From contig OZ024742.1 in the NCBI GenBank assembly GCA_964016885.1, positions 193,688,001 to 193,752,000 of the forward strand: 64,000 nucleotides of DNA, written 5' to 3'. Position 1 is the stretch's first letter, and every line of letters begins with the position of its first letter. Under the pieces are notes generated by a model that saw only the letters and a program-made list of their open reading frames with translations, did not search any database and was not told the DNA's origin. This stretch comes from Eledone cirrhosa (taxonomy: Eukaryota). A program made the translations under genes and the position numbers. Shown here piece by piece: positions 24,641 to 38,699 of the stretch.

Positions 24641-25346
24641 TATCTCTCTCTCTATATATATATATATAAATATATGCGTGTTTGCGACCCAGTGTGTATC
24701 TGTGCGTGTATATATGGGTACGCGTGTGTGTGCGCGTGCGTGGAAAAGGTTGTGGTCTACGTACATGTCTGTACGTGTTTGTGTGTACGTGTATACATAC
24801 GCGTATACATGTGTATGAGCATGTGTGTGTGCGTGTTGATGTATATAGACCTGTGGGCATGTGTCTATGTATGTACGTGCCTCTCTGGATGAATGTCTGC
24901 ATATGTTTATATGTTTATATGTTCTCCTTAATGCGTGGCTATAGCGGGAGTCTATGCGTACGACTGTCGTTATCTATATGGTTGTGTGTGTGTGTGTGTG
25001 AGAGTGCGCGCGCGGCTGTGTGGATCACCATAGACAGCAGTAATTCATTGAAGTGTAGCAGACAGGGGACAGCGGAATTGTACCTGTGGTCAGAATTTAT
25101 GACGACGTAGACAACCAGCGGCCATTCACTGGACGCACGAAGAGGATGAAGTTTTTGACAGAACTGGCCCATAGGGTCAGATACTCCAGTGAGAGAATAT
25201 GCTCCGAAATCATTAGACGTGTCCGTCGAACCTGTGGGTACAGTATAAGGTAGATCCACACAATGATCGCGTCGCGAGCTGTCCGCCGGCAAAATAATTG
25301 TAACACACAATAAACTGAGTTCAGATGCATCACCGATTTTTAGTTT

Positions 25347-25397
<51 letters not shown>

Positions 25398-25441
25398 GGG
25401 AAGAAAGAGGAAGACTGCGTGGTTGCACATGGGTTACATAT

Positions 25442-25546
25442 TATAAAATTAGTCCCTCATCAGTGATTTGCCCTCCATCATTGGTATTTAATGCGATGAA
25501 ATACCAATGATGGTTGGCAAATCACTGACGAGGGATTAATTTTATA
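25442..25546. repeat. 48-bp-arm hairpin carrying CTGA(T/C)GA in each arm
   Basis: Arms 25442-25489 and 25499-25546. Confidence 0.85.
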
Positions 25547-25576
25547 TATATATATGTATATATATATATAGATGTA

Positions 25577-25850
25577 GAATTTCTATTTAAGTTGTTGGGA
25601 TACAACAAGCAAATATTTTTATAATTGATATAAAGCACTCAACAAATTATTGGAGTAAAAATACGATATATTAACAAATGGAAACTATATTTATAAAACC
25701 ATATTTATTTCATTATACATATTTCAAGGACACCAAGTTAAATTATGGTGTGCTTTCATGAAATAAAACATAATATAGAGCAGTTTTATGAATAAATATT
25801 GACATACCCTTAAAAAATGCGACCATTTCTGTTGGAAGCTCCCAGATAGT
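25577..25850 (-). mobile_element. Diverged copy of the 38.1-38.6 kb HHR family (core decayed)
   Basis: Colinear with 38117-38380; another copy at 57618-57760. Confidence 0.75.
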
Positions 25851-26479
25851 GGGGTTATAACTTCATATATACTATTATGTAAATTAGTTTCGGATATTTT
25901 TAAATCAGAGTAGATTTAAATAAGCCGTTAGGTTGTGGAGAAAGAGAGAGAGAAAAAAAAGAGAGATAGAAAAAAGAGAAAAAAGAAAAAAAGAGCAAAC
26001 TCTAAGAGAAGAATAAGAAAAATAAAAAAGAGGAGAAAGAGAAGAAAAGAAGAAGAGAAAGAGAAGAAAAGAAAAGAAAAAAGAAAAAAGAAAAGGGAGA
26101 AGAGAAAGCGAAAGCTCGAAGTGATAGGTAGTTGTTTTAATACCTTAACTTTTGAGATGAAGTGAAGGAATAAATATTTAATGGATGAATAGAGACGTGT
26201 AAATAAGCGTGAATGGAAAATACATAAATAATAGGAGAATTTTAACCATTGTTTATGATTAAATGTTTAGTTTATCAATTAAATTATTGAGATCTATACA
26301 TCAAAAATTGAGATCTATATGTTATTAAGAAATCTATATATTATTAAGAATATATATCATAAAAAGATCCATATATTATTAAAAGAATATATTCATATAT
26401 ATACATACGCACATACAGATATATATACATATAAATATATATACATATACCTATATATAGATACATTTACATGGTTAAC

Positions 26480-26585
26480 ATTGTCAAAGTTTTGTCACAC
26501 ATTCTGAGACCTCTTCAGTGACTGGGGATTCTTTTCTTTGTTTTTGTGCCTCTCCTTTGTTCTGTCCTACGCCATCTTGTTTTTG
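26480..26585 (-). mobile_element. PLE pLTR fragment with decayed HHR (family of 5797-6415)
   Basis: gacctcttcagtgactggg...gtgcctctcctttgttctgtcctacgccatctt; the GAAA is lost. Confidence 0.75.
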
Positions 26586-26779
26586 TTAAAAAAAACAAAA
26601 AAAAAACAAATGTAGTTACTGGCCTTCAAAAACAAAAATGGGAAAAAACTAAGTCAGACATTCAAACATTACAATGAAACTTGTTTTTATTTTTTTATGT
26701 TTTTGTTCATTTATTTATTTATTTTCGTCTACAAAGTGATGGTGCCACGCTAAAAACACTGGTGGTGATGTGACCAAAA

Positions 26780-29700
26780 ATTCACCATTCCTCGATATGG
26801 GTGCTTAAATATCGAACCTAAACAGTTCGAATAACGGTGAAAAGGAGATTGAAACGTCATGTGTGAGACGCTCACCCAGCAAGTGCTCCCTGTCCCAGCA
26901 GCAGGGACCTGGCTGTCATCCAAATACATCTAGTGTTGGAGGAAGATGAAGGAATGGGACAAGAACCAAATGGACGAAATAATTGAATAGAACTGTCATG
27001 AAATATTACCAGAAGAGTAGCCCCATGGAAAAAGGCTACAGGAAATGGATGCATAACATCTGGAACGATATTGGTCTATGTAAATTAGGTGAACAAAAAT
27101 TGGCCGGACAGGCTCGTGTAATAAGAACTACTGAATGGATAAGCGAGTTGGAACTGGAGAAACTGAGCAGAGAAAATAAGTTGGAAATGGAGAGTTTTGT
27201 ATATCAGGCAAATGAGCCAGTGAAAAAAAAGGTGAAGAAGTTGAGAGACCTGGGAAAGCATCCGAAGCAGAAAATGATCTGAATGCTGAAATAAATAACA
27301 TCTAGAACAAAGATACGGCCATTGAGAAAATGAATGCTGATGGGCTAAGGCAAGATTTAGTTGATATCCTGAACTTAGTGGTAGATGAAATGAACATTGA
27401 TATTGGAAAACCTATGAACCTAAGATTTGTAGACAGGAACAAGTTAAAAGAAACAACAGCTAAGTTAAATAAAGTCATCCCATACCTTGAGGCGAGGAAC
27501 CTTAACCAATGCAATAAATATCCTCAAAGCAACAGCAAATGTGGTGAGGAAATTACTTGGCACAAAAACGAGAGGAAACAACAAACACGAAAGATCAGAA
27601 CCATGGTGGAAGAAACGACTGAATGGTCAAATCAAGAAAATGAGAAAATACATTGGCAAGCTTGAGTCCTTACTGAATGGGACATTACACAACATAGACA
27701 CTAAAGATAGATTGAAAATAAAATACAAAACGAGTGGAAAGGAGCTAAATGTTATCATAGAGGAACTGAAGCATCGCATTGTAGCAAAAAGTGCAAAGAT
27801 TGGGCGGTATGAGAACAGAGTTAGTCAGTATAGACAGAACCGCATGCTTGACAACAACCAGATGATGTTTTTAACAGCTTGAAGGGAAAGAAAGATGCAA
27901 CGACGTGATCCCTAAAGCGGAACTGTTTAAGACATTCTAGAGAGGAATATAGTAGCAGGGTGTTGAACATAATGGTCAGGCAGTGTGGATTGAGTCAGTA
28001 CAAAGGGAGATTAGTGAACAAGCACACCAATAAACTGATTTAAGTATCACTGTTGAAACTCTTAAAGGGCAGGCCAGAAAACTAACCAACTGGAAATCAC
28101 CAGGCCCAGATTGTGTGCAGGGGTATTGGATTAAAAATATAATATCTCTCCACCCGAAACTGAAAACCATGTTCAATGACTGCTTGATGTCAGGTGAGGT
28201 ACCAGAGTGGTTGACAAAAGGTACCACAGTCCTGGTAATGAAAGACAGCATCAAGCATAATGATGTTACCAACAATAGACATATCACATGTCTATCCGTA
28301 ATGTGGAAACTGTTAACAAGCATTGTGTCTGAGGAAATCTACCATCACCTCCACACAAACAACTTGTTATCGGACGAACAGAAAGGATGCCGAAAGAAGT
28401 CCCGTGGTACAAAAACCAGCTACTTATTGATAAGATGGTAATTGCAAGAAGAGACACACTGGTCTTGCGATGGGATGGATAGACTACAAAATGGCATTCT
28501 ACATGGTACCTCATTCTTGGATATCCAAAAGCCTAGAGATCCTAAAGGTGGCAGATAACATCAGACAGTTGTTGAGTAAAAGTATGAAGTCCTGGAAAAT
28601 AGAGTTAACATCGGGTGGAGAATCCTTGGGAGGCGTGAAGATCAAGAGAGGTATCTTCCAGGGAGATAGCCTGTTCCCTCTGTTGTTTGTCCTTGCCCTG
28701 ATACCCCTGACCATTATACTGCGAAAAGTGAGAGCAGGATACAAGTTGGAAAAGGAGAGCTTACCATCAACCACCCCCCTTCATGGACGAGCTTAAACTC
28801 TTTGGGAAGAGTGAGAAGGAGTTAGATGTACTTGTAGACACTGTCCGAATTTTCAGCACTGATGTATGTATTCAATTTGGTATTAATAAGTGTGGAGTCC
28901 TAGTGATGAAGAGGGGTAAATTGAGCAGAAGCAACGTCATCGAGGTACCAACAGGTGAGATGATAAAGGAAATTGACACTGAAGAAAGATACAAATATTT
29001 AGGTGTTTTGGAGGCAGATGACATCAAGAACAAAAACAATGTAGGAATTGATAATATCTGAATACATTCGGAGAGTAAGGAGCGTATTAAAGTCACATCT
29101 GAACAGTAGGAATGCCATAAATGCAGTAAATTCCCGAGCTGTGTCTATTATTACGTACAGTGCGGGAATTCTGAGATGGAATGTTGCTGAACAAAAAAAA
29201 AATGGATAGGAAGACTACGAAGCTATTAACTATCTACAACATGTTTCACAAGAGGAATGATGTCAATAGACTCTACTTAAAGTGATCTGTAGGTGGAAGA
29301 GGTCTTATCAGCATAGAGGACTGTGTTTAGATGGAGAAAAACAACCTGCACAAATACGTGACCGACAGTAGGGAGGCATTGCTCAGAATTGTACTGAAGA
29401 AGATGACGATATACCAGGGTATGTCCAAGGAGGAAATAACAACAAACCTTCATGAAATATCCCTTCATAGTACCTTCTTTGAGAAAACTGAATTTAGAGA
29501 TCCACAGACATGGAACTGGTTAAAAAGAGGAGACCTTAAAAAGACTACAGAAGGAATGCTAATGGCTGCGCAAGAGCAGTCCCTCAACACGAAGTGGGTG
29601 AAACACCATGTTTACAAGGAGGAGGCTAGCCCAATGTGTAGGATCTGTGAGGAGAGAGGAGACTGTGGCTCACATTGTATCCGAGTGTAAACATCTAGCC

Positions 29701-30275
29701 CAGGCTCACTATAAAGGCTGTAGACATAATTTGATGCCTCTGGCACCTATGCGAAGTAAACAATTTACCACATTCTGAGAAGTGGTATGAGCATAAGCCA
29801 GAGATGGTGATAGAAAACGATCAGGTGAAGGTGCTGTGGGATTTTAGGATACAGACGGATAAGAAACTGGAACACAATAGGCCTCACCTCGTGGTTTTGG
29901 ACAAGGAAAAAGAATCGTGCCTGATTGTAGATGTAGCCTGCCCATTTGACACGAGAGTGCAAGAAAAGGAGAGGGAGAAAATTAAACCGATACAAGGACT
30001 TAAAGTGGGAGGTGAAAAGGATTTGGAACGGCCATGAAGTCAGAGTCGTCCCGATTGTCATAGGCGCACTAGGTACTATCTCAAAGAGTTTCCAAGGATG
30101 GTTAAAGAAATTTAGTCGAGCCCTTCTTTTTGGAACACTTCAAAAGGCATGCTTGCTGGGAACAGCAATATCCCTCCGATACGTCCTGAATGTCTGAGGC
30201 TGCAGGTAACTGCTTGATATTCATTTGAACAAACTTTCCAGTTAAATAACATCAATGATGAATCTCAAATTACAA

Positions 30276-30305
<30 letters not shown>
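26780..30305 (+). mobile_element. Near full-length decayed R4/Dong-like element, family C
   Basis: KWT...GYRKWMHNIW...EQKLAGQAR; PWWKKRL; WKSPGPD; IDYKMAFYMVPH; GIFQGDSL; MDELKL; CRIC; HNRPH...DVACP; PIVIGALG. Many frameshifts; (AAT)n tail. The 5' boundary is approximate. Confidence 0.9.
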
Positions 30306-30308
<3 letters not shown>

Positions 30309-30320
30309 GAAGAAGAAGAA

Positions 30321-30641
30321 TAGCCCATTCGACACGAGAGTGCAAGAGAAGGAGAGGGAGAAAATTAACCGGTACCAGGACTTAAAGTGGGAGGTAAATA
30401 GGATTTGGAACTGCCATGAAGTCAAAGTGGTCCCGATTGTCATAGGCGCACTAGGTACTATCTCAAAAAGTTTCCAGGGATGGTTAAAGAAAATTGACCC
30501 AGCCCCGCTTTTTGGAACAGCAAGAACCCTCCGATACGTCCTGAATATCTGAGGCTGCAGGTAGTGGCTTAATATTTATTTCAACAAACTTTCCAGTTAA
30601 CTAACATCAATGACTGAGACTCAGAGAACAATAATAATAAT
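30321..30641 (+). mobile_element. Second family C 3' end in tandem
   Basis: Matches 29940-30280 with substitutions and a deletion; ends in (AAT)n. Confidence 0.85.
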
Positions 30642-30763
30642 AATTGTTTCTACTTTAGGCACAAGGCCACCAATTATCCAGTGCATTACTGGTACTTTAT
30701 TTTATCGACCCCGTAAGGATGAAAGGCAAAGTCATCCTCGGCGGGATTTGAACTCAGATCGTG
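30642..30763 (-). mobile_element. SINE copy truncated by the Tx1-like LINE
   Basis: SINE tail and core stop at gaactcagatcgtg, where the LINE 3' end begins. Confidence 0.78.
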
Positions 30764-33700
30764 ATTTCTTTATTGGCCACAAGGGCTGACATCAAGAAAA
30801 ACATTACAGATGGAACAGGACGCTATAGGACGGTTAGAGGTGTGTTTTGCGCGTGTAAAAATTGTTATTATTTATATAAAAAAAGAAAAAAAAAGACAGA
30901 GAAACATATATATATATATAAACAATAAAAATGAAAATTTAAACAATGAAAAATTCCCCAATAACCTCTAAGGGTTACTCGTGGCGAAAACCGCACAAAA
31001 GACCACGGCTACCCTGACCACCAGAAAGTGCCCTCTCTCAATTTTTCCATTTCTCAACCTACAGGCGTATATTCAGAGCGGTCCCGTTCACTCGGACCAT
31101 TCTCGCTACATTCACCCTACTTTCAACAAACTTGCTAGAAGGCAAGTCTTGCCCCTCCACCCTGATTTTCCTCTTCAAGTGAAATTTGAAAAAGTTAATT
31201 AGGGATTCGCCGAAGAGGAAAGTATCTGTCTTTAACGCATTCAACCTTGTCCACCACACAATCTCTTTCGCCTTGGCCAGCAGACAAACGAAAACTGCCG
31301 TCCCTTCATCCTCGAAGGAAGACAGCGAGACCATCTGCACAATGGACTCAGTCGATACACGGATCAGTCCTACACGCGACAGCAACTGTTCGACATAGCG
31401 TCTCAAGTCAGCAATTCTCGGGTCTGAACGAGTGCTTGCACGACGGTTTCGTCGCTCTGCGTGCCCCTCGGACACTTCCATGCCAGTAGAGTTATCCTGA
31501 ACCGACAACGTTCCCCAGTAGTACTGCCAGACCAGGGATTTTTGGAAGTTATCCATAGGCCCTTCGCTGAAAGTTCTCCCGAAGAGAGTAAACAGCTGAT
31601 CGTCTTCGACGCCCAGGACCTCCCCTCCATTAGTCCTCTATAGAACGCCGAGGTGGATGTTCCACCAATACTGGTGCCCAGCTGGCAGAGGGCAGTGAGC
31701 GCCTGGAGACATTCCAGTTTCCAAACGCTATCCCTCGGTCTTTACCTGACCCAGTACTGCAGCTCCGTCAAGGAGACGAGCCGTAGGAAAACGTGCCTGG
31801 AGACGACGACCACACCTGTTCACCGTCAAGGAAGCACCAGAAATGTCGCAGCCTCAGCGCATGTTTGTGCATCATCAGCCATGGCATGCCCTGTTCTCCA
31901 CGCATCGTGTGTTTACAGAAGATGGATCGTCTGAACATGGGAGCGAGTCCCTTCCACAAAAAGCGGGAGAGGAGGTGCTCCATTTTGGTGAGAGTTGGGT
32001 CGGGGCAAGGGACGACGGTGAGGCGGTAGCAGATGATGGATGCGATGTACGCATTCGACACCTCCGCCCGGCCTTTGAGGGACATCTTCCTCTAGGCCCA
32101 TTTCTGGGTGAGGCAGGCCACCTTGCTCGTCACATCGTTCCAGTTTTTCTCCATCTGGAGGTCCGATCCGAACCAGACCCGAGCAATGTAACCGGTGCGT
32201 CCGTACAACGCCCCACGACGCTGTCGGGCGGCATGGACTTGCCTCTCCAGGTGCCATGCTGCAAGCCCACCGATTTTCCTGGTTTATCTTTGCTCCTGTC
32301 ACCGCTTCGTATTCCTTGAGAGCGGTGAAGGAGCATCTGGACGTGTCTGGTGCTCGACAACACCATGGTGACGTCGTCGGGGCAAGCCGACTCGGATTTC
32401 CCGCATCCTAGTCGGCGTGGGACGCCCCTCATCGCCCCCAGTTTGTACAGTAACAGCTCGAGAGCCAATACGTACAAGAGGGACGAGAGTGGACAACTCT
32501 GGCAAACCGAGCGCATGATGCTGAACGGCTGCGACAGGTGACCGTTCACCCTCATAACTGAGCAGATGTCGCTGTACATCGCAGCGATCCAAGCCCTGAA
32601 AACGGGCCCGAAACCGGCTGCCTCGAGCCCCGCCTCCAGGTAGTGATGGTCGACCCTATCGAATGCTTTGGATTGATCCAAGTTGATCAGGGCCCCACCC
32701 GTGCCAGGTTCCCTAACCACCTTCTCTATGATGTATCGCATGAGGTGGAGGTTGTCGTGTATGGATCTGTCCGGAATTGCGCATGTCTGCGCCTCTCCCA
32801 CCAGACCCTTGATGACAAGCGCCAACCTCGTTGCAAACACCTTGCCCAAAATCTTCGTTTAGCAGGGTTATGGGCCTGAAGTTATCGATAACATCCCCCT
32901 TGTTCGGGTATTTTCTCAGAAGCGCTACCGCTCCCCGGGTCACAAAACTACAAATGCTCCCGTTCTGCTGCCAGTTGCAGTAGACGTCTGCCAAGAGGTC
33001 ACCGAACAAGTCTGGCATAAATTCATAAAGCTCGTTGGGCAGACCATCCGATCCTGGCAATTTACCCCTCGTGCAGTTAGCCATCGCTTCCCGTATCTCA
33101 CCAGCTGTTATTGGCTTTTCGGAAAATTGTGCTGCGGTCGTCGAGAGCCGAGGCAGTCCATCGAGGTATGCACTGAAGTCCATAGCCCTATCCGGCCGAC
33201 CGCTGCTCCCGAACAAGCAACACTTGTCCGTTTTGCTCAGACAAAGACCGAATTGTGGCTTTGTTGCCACGTCACGCCTCTGCCACCCGGGCCCATTGGA
33301 CGGCGTTTGTCCCCTCGTGCTTTAGAGCACGCGCTCTAGCTCTGACAACGCAGCCTTCGTGTTTTGCGTTGAAGAATTAGTCGAGTGCCAATCTCGCCGC
33401 AAGCTCGTCGGTTGTGATGCCTGTCCTAAACGCCTCTTCTAGCGTTCTGACTCGCTCTCCCTCTCCTCTATTTTCTCTATCACTAGTCCTTTGCTAAACC
33501 TTATCGACTCTACTTTAATTGCCCTTTTCAGGGCGAACCACCACATGTTGTTAGGACCGCTCCCGTCAACGCCCGCTTAGCTAATCCGGTATTTGTAGGC
33601 TTTGCGCACCGGAAAAGACGCGTTTAGCTTCCAGTAACCGGGTCCTTGTCTATGGAGTCAGTCTATGTCGATCTCACAGATCACAAAATTGATGTCTGTG

Positions 33701-35598
33701 TAGTCGACTATTTTAAATTGTGGATAACTTATACTATCCTTATCTAGTTCTCAGCAGAAGACCCTATCGAGATACAATCTGGATGACCCGATGCGGTTTG
33801 TCCATGTCCACATTGGCACATTCGCGTGATCCAGTCGATACCTGTCAGACATTTTAAACGTCTGAGCAGGTTGGTGAGGCTCTTGCACCCTCCTCTCCTA
33901 ACCAAGTAGCCCCACACAATCCCAGCGTGCATCCAAGATACCGTTCCAGTCGCCCACTAACACTAAAGAGAGGGATGTTCCAAGAAAGATCTCTAGACGT
34001 CTAAAGAAATTGGCCGCCCTGTCCCTGTCGGGGCATAGACGGCTACTAGCCTGAAAGCGTTGCCTTCGGTGCCGCTTACATCCAGTACCACCGAATTACC
34101 CTCTTGGTCCAGGAAGATGGTCCGTATGCGAGACGCAAGCCTTTGGGAAACAACACAGCCACTCCGCCCTCCGCTCCCGGACGACTCGGAGATGCGTACA
34201 CCTCGTAACCGTCGAAGATCGGTCCGAAGGCTTGCGTTTCGGAGATTCTCGTCTCGCTTATGACCACCACTTCTATGTTTAGTGACCTGAGGTTGTTAAG
34301 CAAGTGACCCTGCTTCCAAACCGAGCTCAAGCCACGCACATTTACACTTCCGATCCAGAAAACGGCCTTGTTGGGTGAGGAACGGGGCAAGTGAGAAAGG
34401 ATCACTTACCTTGATCGTCTGGTGAAGGGACCGTTGAATCGTCCCTTCGGCTGGTCGTCGGCCCTTCTGTGAGTATATCCGAGTATACTCTCCGGTATAT
34501 ATATCTGAGTATACTCTCCGGAATATCATTTTAATGTTTGTGTATTGTTTCTGTGCTATTCTTACCAGTCTTATGTTCGTTGGTGTTTTGATTGGTCCTG
34601 GCATTATGTAGTCGTGCTGTGAAATGTCTGTGTGTTCAATTATGTAAGTCATTAGTTTCTTGTGTGTATTTATTGCTGTGCATTTCTTTTTCTGTGGGTG
34701 GGGTGTGGTTCTGCTATTTTCTTGTCTTTGTTGTTGGGTGTGTGTGTTTTGTTGTTGTGTTTACGATGTTGGAGCTTGAGGTGGTGGTGTTGAAGGTGTT
34801 GTTGTTGTTGTTGGCGGTGGGGTTGCCGCAGGTGGTGATGGTGTTGATGTTTCTTCGACCCACAGCGAAAGCATTTAGGGCGTTTGCCCTCAACTCTTAT
34901 GGGAAGTTGAGTGCCGTTATCGAGGTCTATCACATCCGAGATAGCTTCGATGCACTCCTGGTTGTTTTGAATTAACATCTCAATGGAGGCGCCGACCCAA
35001 ACTTCTCGTAAAATTTTCCTTTTTTCTGTACTTGCAGTACGGATGTTTTGTCCTCGATTCCGACGAGGACAGACGCGGCCAACCAAGAAGGGGCCATCCC
35101 GGGAGGGACTTGTGTCAGTTTGACCCTCACAATCTTTTGCCCGCAGTAGGAGGGCACCAACACCATTACCTCGCTCCTTACGGTCACTCCTGCGGTGTGG
35201 CAAAAAGCCCGTCCACGGTGGCATATTTCTTGTCTCGGGTGATATGCGTTTTCTGCTTCCACACAGATTCTAAGGCTCTTTGTATTTGAGCCTCTGTGGC
35301 TCTTTCAACCCTACGGGATTTTGTGCTTACTGTACGGTACGTGACCGTATAGTGCTGTTGGTTTGCGAAACATTATTCGGCTGCCTTGCAGATTGCTCGG
35401 TGTCCGATTTTCGTCACCATCTTCTTTGCTTCCTGTAATTCCTCATTTGTTGTAAAGATGGTTTCCAGGTAATTTGCGATACCTGCAAACGAGATTGTTT
35501 TTTTTCTTTCTTGCTGTTGTTGTTGTTGTCGTCAGAGCTGCTGTTACTTTTGTTGTTGCTGCTGGTACTACGACCGCCGCCGCCGCTGTTGCTGTGGT

Positions 35599-35633
<35 letters not shown>

Positions 35634-36250
35634 TTGTTGCTGCTGCTGCTGTTGTTGTTTATGATGCTGCTGATGTTGTTGCGGCTGCTACTAGTATTTA
35701 CCTCGCCACTTTTGCTGCTGCTGCTGTTATTACGGCTGCTGCTGCTATTCTTCATGACGTCAGACGAATGAAATGGCCTTCCGTATTTACCGCACACATC
35801 TTTCGTCGTTGTCGTCGTCGTGGAGAAATGTTCCACGGTACGCGCGTTCTCTTGATTAAGAACGCGACGAGAAACTACATTTTTCTTTTTCTTTAATGGC
35901 GTTGCTTGCGAAAGAAGCAACAGAGGCGACACCACATTTAGAGAAGGGAGGGAGAGAGACAATTTTTTCTCTGAGGTAATGACGATTGAGGAAGAAGACG
36001 GAAGGAGTGGGTGTGACTTGTGAAAATTATTTTTTGTAGCCATGTTTTTTTTTACGGTTATAAATGAATATTGGGCACATATCCCCAATAATTGATTATT
36101 TAACCCCGAGGGGCCAAATGACGGGCAGAAAGACCCCACTCACGAGGAGGAGGGTGTCTTTATCTACAATTTGGTTCAAGTTTTAAACAATTTACAATTG
36201 TTATAACGGTTAAAAATTACTACACCTTACAGAGCCGAGCCTCCGTCAAC
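30764..36250 (-). mobile_element. Decayed, near full-length L1/Tx1-like LINE (ORF1 with knuckle; ORF2 APE + RT)
   Basis: ORF1 LPIRVEGKRPKCFRCGSKKH; APE IGSVNVRGL, ISETR, GGVAVL; RT PGSDGLP, NFRPITLLNED, LDQSKAFDRVDH, VCQSCPLS, ACPDDVT. Frameshifted; GC-rich relative to flanks. The 5' end is approximate. Confidence 0.9.
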
Positions 36251-36331
36251 CATGGCATTCAATAATTATAATAATAATAATAATAATAATAATAATTATG
36301 GGACAATGAATGTGTTGCATGATATACATAC

Positions 36332-36336
<5 letters not shown>

Positions 36337-36409
<73 letters not shown>
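36337..36409. repeat. (GA)n microsatellite
   Basis: Seen directly. Confidence 0.97.
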
Positions 36410-36411
<2 letters not shown>

Positions 36412-37626
36412 GGGGTAATTTCAGTTTAAAAGATTTGCGTTTTTGTCTATGATACCTATATTATAAAGATCCTCTTCAATTCTTGTTAATACGTTGCCGT
36501 GCTTTGTTGTGTCATGGGTACCACAACTGTCGGCTCTGTATGTATATTATAATTTTGGCATACAAGTGCGTATAATTGGATATAAAGCCGTATTTAATTT
36601 GTTCTTGGCCGGGAAAAGATTTTAAAGTTGTTCATATTGTGACCGGAATATTAAAGAAGCTTAACTTAAGGCAATACTGAAGATGGAGAGGTACGTTGTG
36701 TTGTAGATCAGTAAGTCAACACATTAAGTAGGAATTTTCTGAGTTTAGTGGATAGGTTTAGAGAGACTGCCTGGGACTTTCGAACATATAACGCGTGGGT
36801 TGAATGTTGCTTCCAATTCCGTTTTATTTAACCATATCTCTCCGGTATTGTGTTTGCAGCACGTTTCCTAATATCCCTGTTCCGCTTTAAACACTAACTC
36901 ATTTTCCGTCCCCGAACAACGTTCTCCGGGTCATAATACTTAAACTAAAGCTTAATGGCCACTAACACCGAAATATAAACAGTCATTTACTGATATCACG
37001 TACCATACTTGCTTTAGTCTCTACTGTTCTAGGAGTATGGCTGTATATTGTTATTTGCGCACGATGCTCAGATTTGACAATGAAACTACAATCATCAACA
37101 CTTCTCTTGCTTTCAAAATGTGTTGTATCTTTGCGTAATAGCATTTTGTTGTGAAATAATTTACTTAGGCGTGAAGTTCCAGCCAGTATATTTTCATTAT
37201 ACTCGTAAAGCTATCTGAGCGCTGTTGCTGTGTTATAGCAATTGCCATAAAATAAGCCTAATGTAATTATTGAATTCATAGCTTCAAGAAAAACATGTTT
37301 TATAAATACGATATCTGATACAACTATTAAGATTTTCTATATATTTTCGCTGTTGGTGTTGTTCGGTTCTTTCTTGTTTTGTAGAAGATGCAAGTTGTCT
37401 GCGGGGCTTCGCTGCACGGTGAATTCAAATTTGAGGCGAATATCACTAAACTATTTAATATTGGGTACAAAAGGTTTCTTCAATAAATGAAATCGGATGA
37501 ATAGCTAGTTATTTAGAAATGCTGATGTTTGTGACAATTACATTCAAGCGGTTATTCAACGTAAATTTGATTAATATTCTTGCACGACAAGCATGGCCTC
37601 ATCACGCCGAGTACGGTATATATGTT

Positions 37627-38118
<492 letters not shown>

Positions 38119-38245
38119 AAAGTTCTATATAAATTGTTGGGATACAACAAGCAAATATTTTTATAACTGATATAAAGCACTCGACAAGTATTTGGAGTAA
38201 ATATACGATATTAACAAATGGAAACTATATTTATAAAACCATATC

Positions 38246-38310
38246 TATTTTATTATACATATTTCAAGGATACCATGTTAAATTATGGTATGCTTTCATC
38301 AGACAAAATA
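38246..38310 (-). ncRNA. Type I hammerhead ribozyme (mirror copy)
   Basis: Reverse complement of 38474-38538. Confidence 0.82.
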
Positions 38311-38473
38311 CAATATATACCTGTTTTATAAATAACTATTGACATACCCTTTCAAAATGCAACCGTTACTTTTGGAAGACATCCCGATGGAAGATATCCC
38401 GATGTCTTCCAAAAGTAACGGTTGCATTTTGAAAGGGTATGTCAATATTTATTTATAAAACTGGTATATATTG

Positions 38474-38538
38474 TATTTTGTCTGATGAAAGCATACCATA
38501 ATTTAACATGGTATCCTTGAAATATGTATAATAAAATA
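38474..38538 (+). ncRNA. Type I hammerhead ribozyme
   Basis: tattttgt CTGATGA aagcataccat-aatttaac-atggtatcctt GAAA tatgta TA ataaaata. Confidence 0.82.
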
Positions 38539-38577
38539 GATATGGTTTTATAAATATAGTTTCCATTTGTTAATATC

Positions 38578-38684
<107 letters not shown>

Positions 38685-38699
38685 AATATATATGTGAAT

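Noticed and set aside
25935-26165. Lys/Arg-rich ORF
   Set aside because: Low-complexity purine tract with no other coding evidence.
35474-35896. Val/Ala-rich and poly-Leu ORFs resembling membrane proteins
   Set aside because: Antisense readings of the trinucleotide tract in LINE ORF1.
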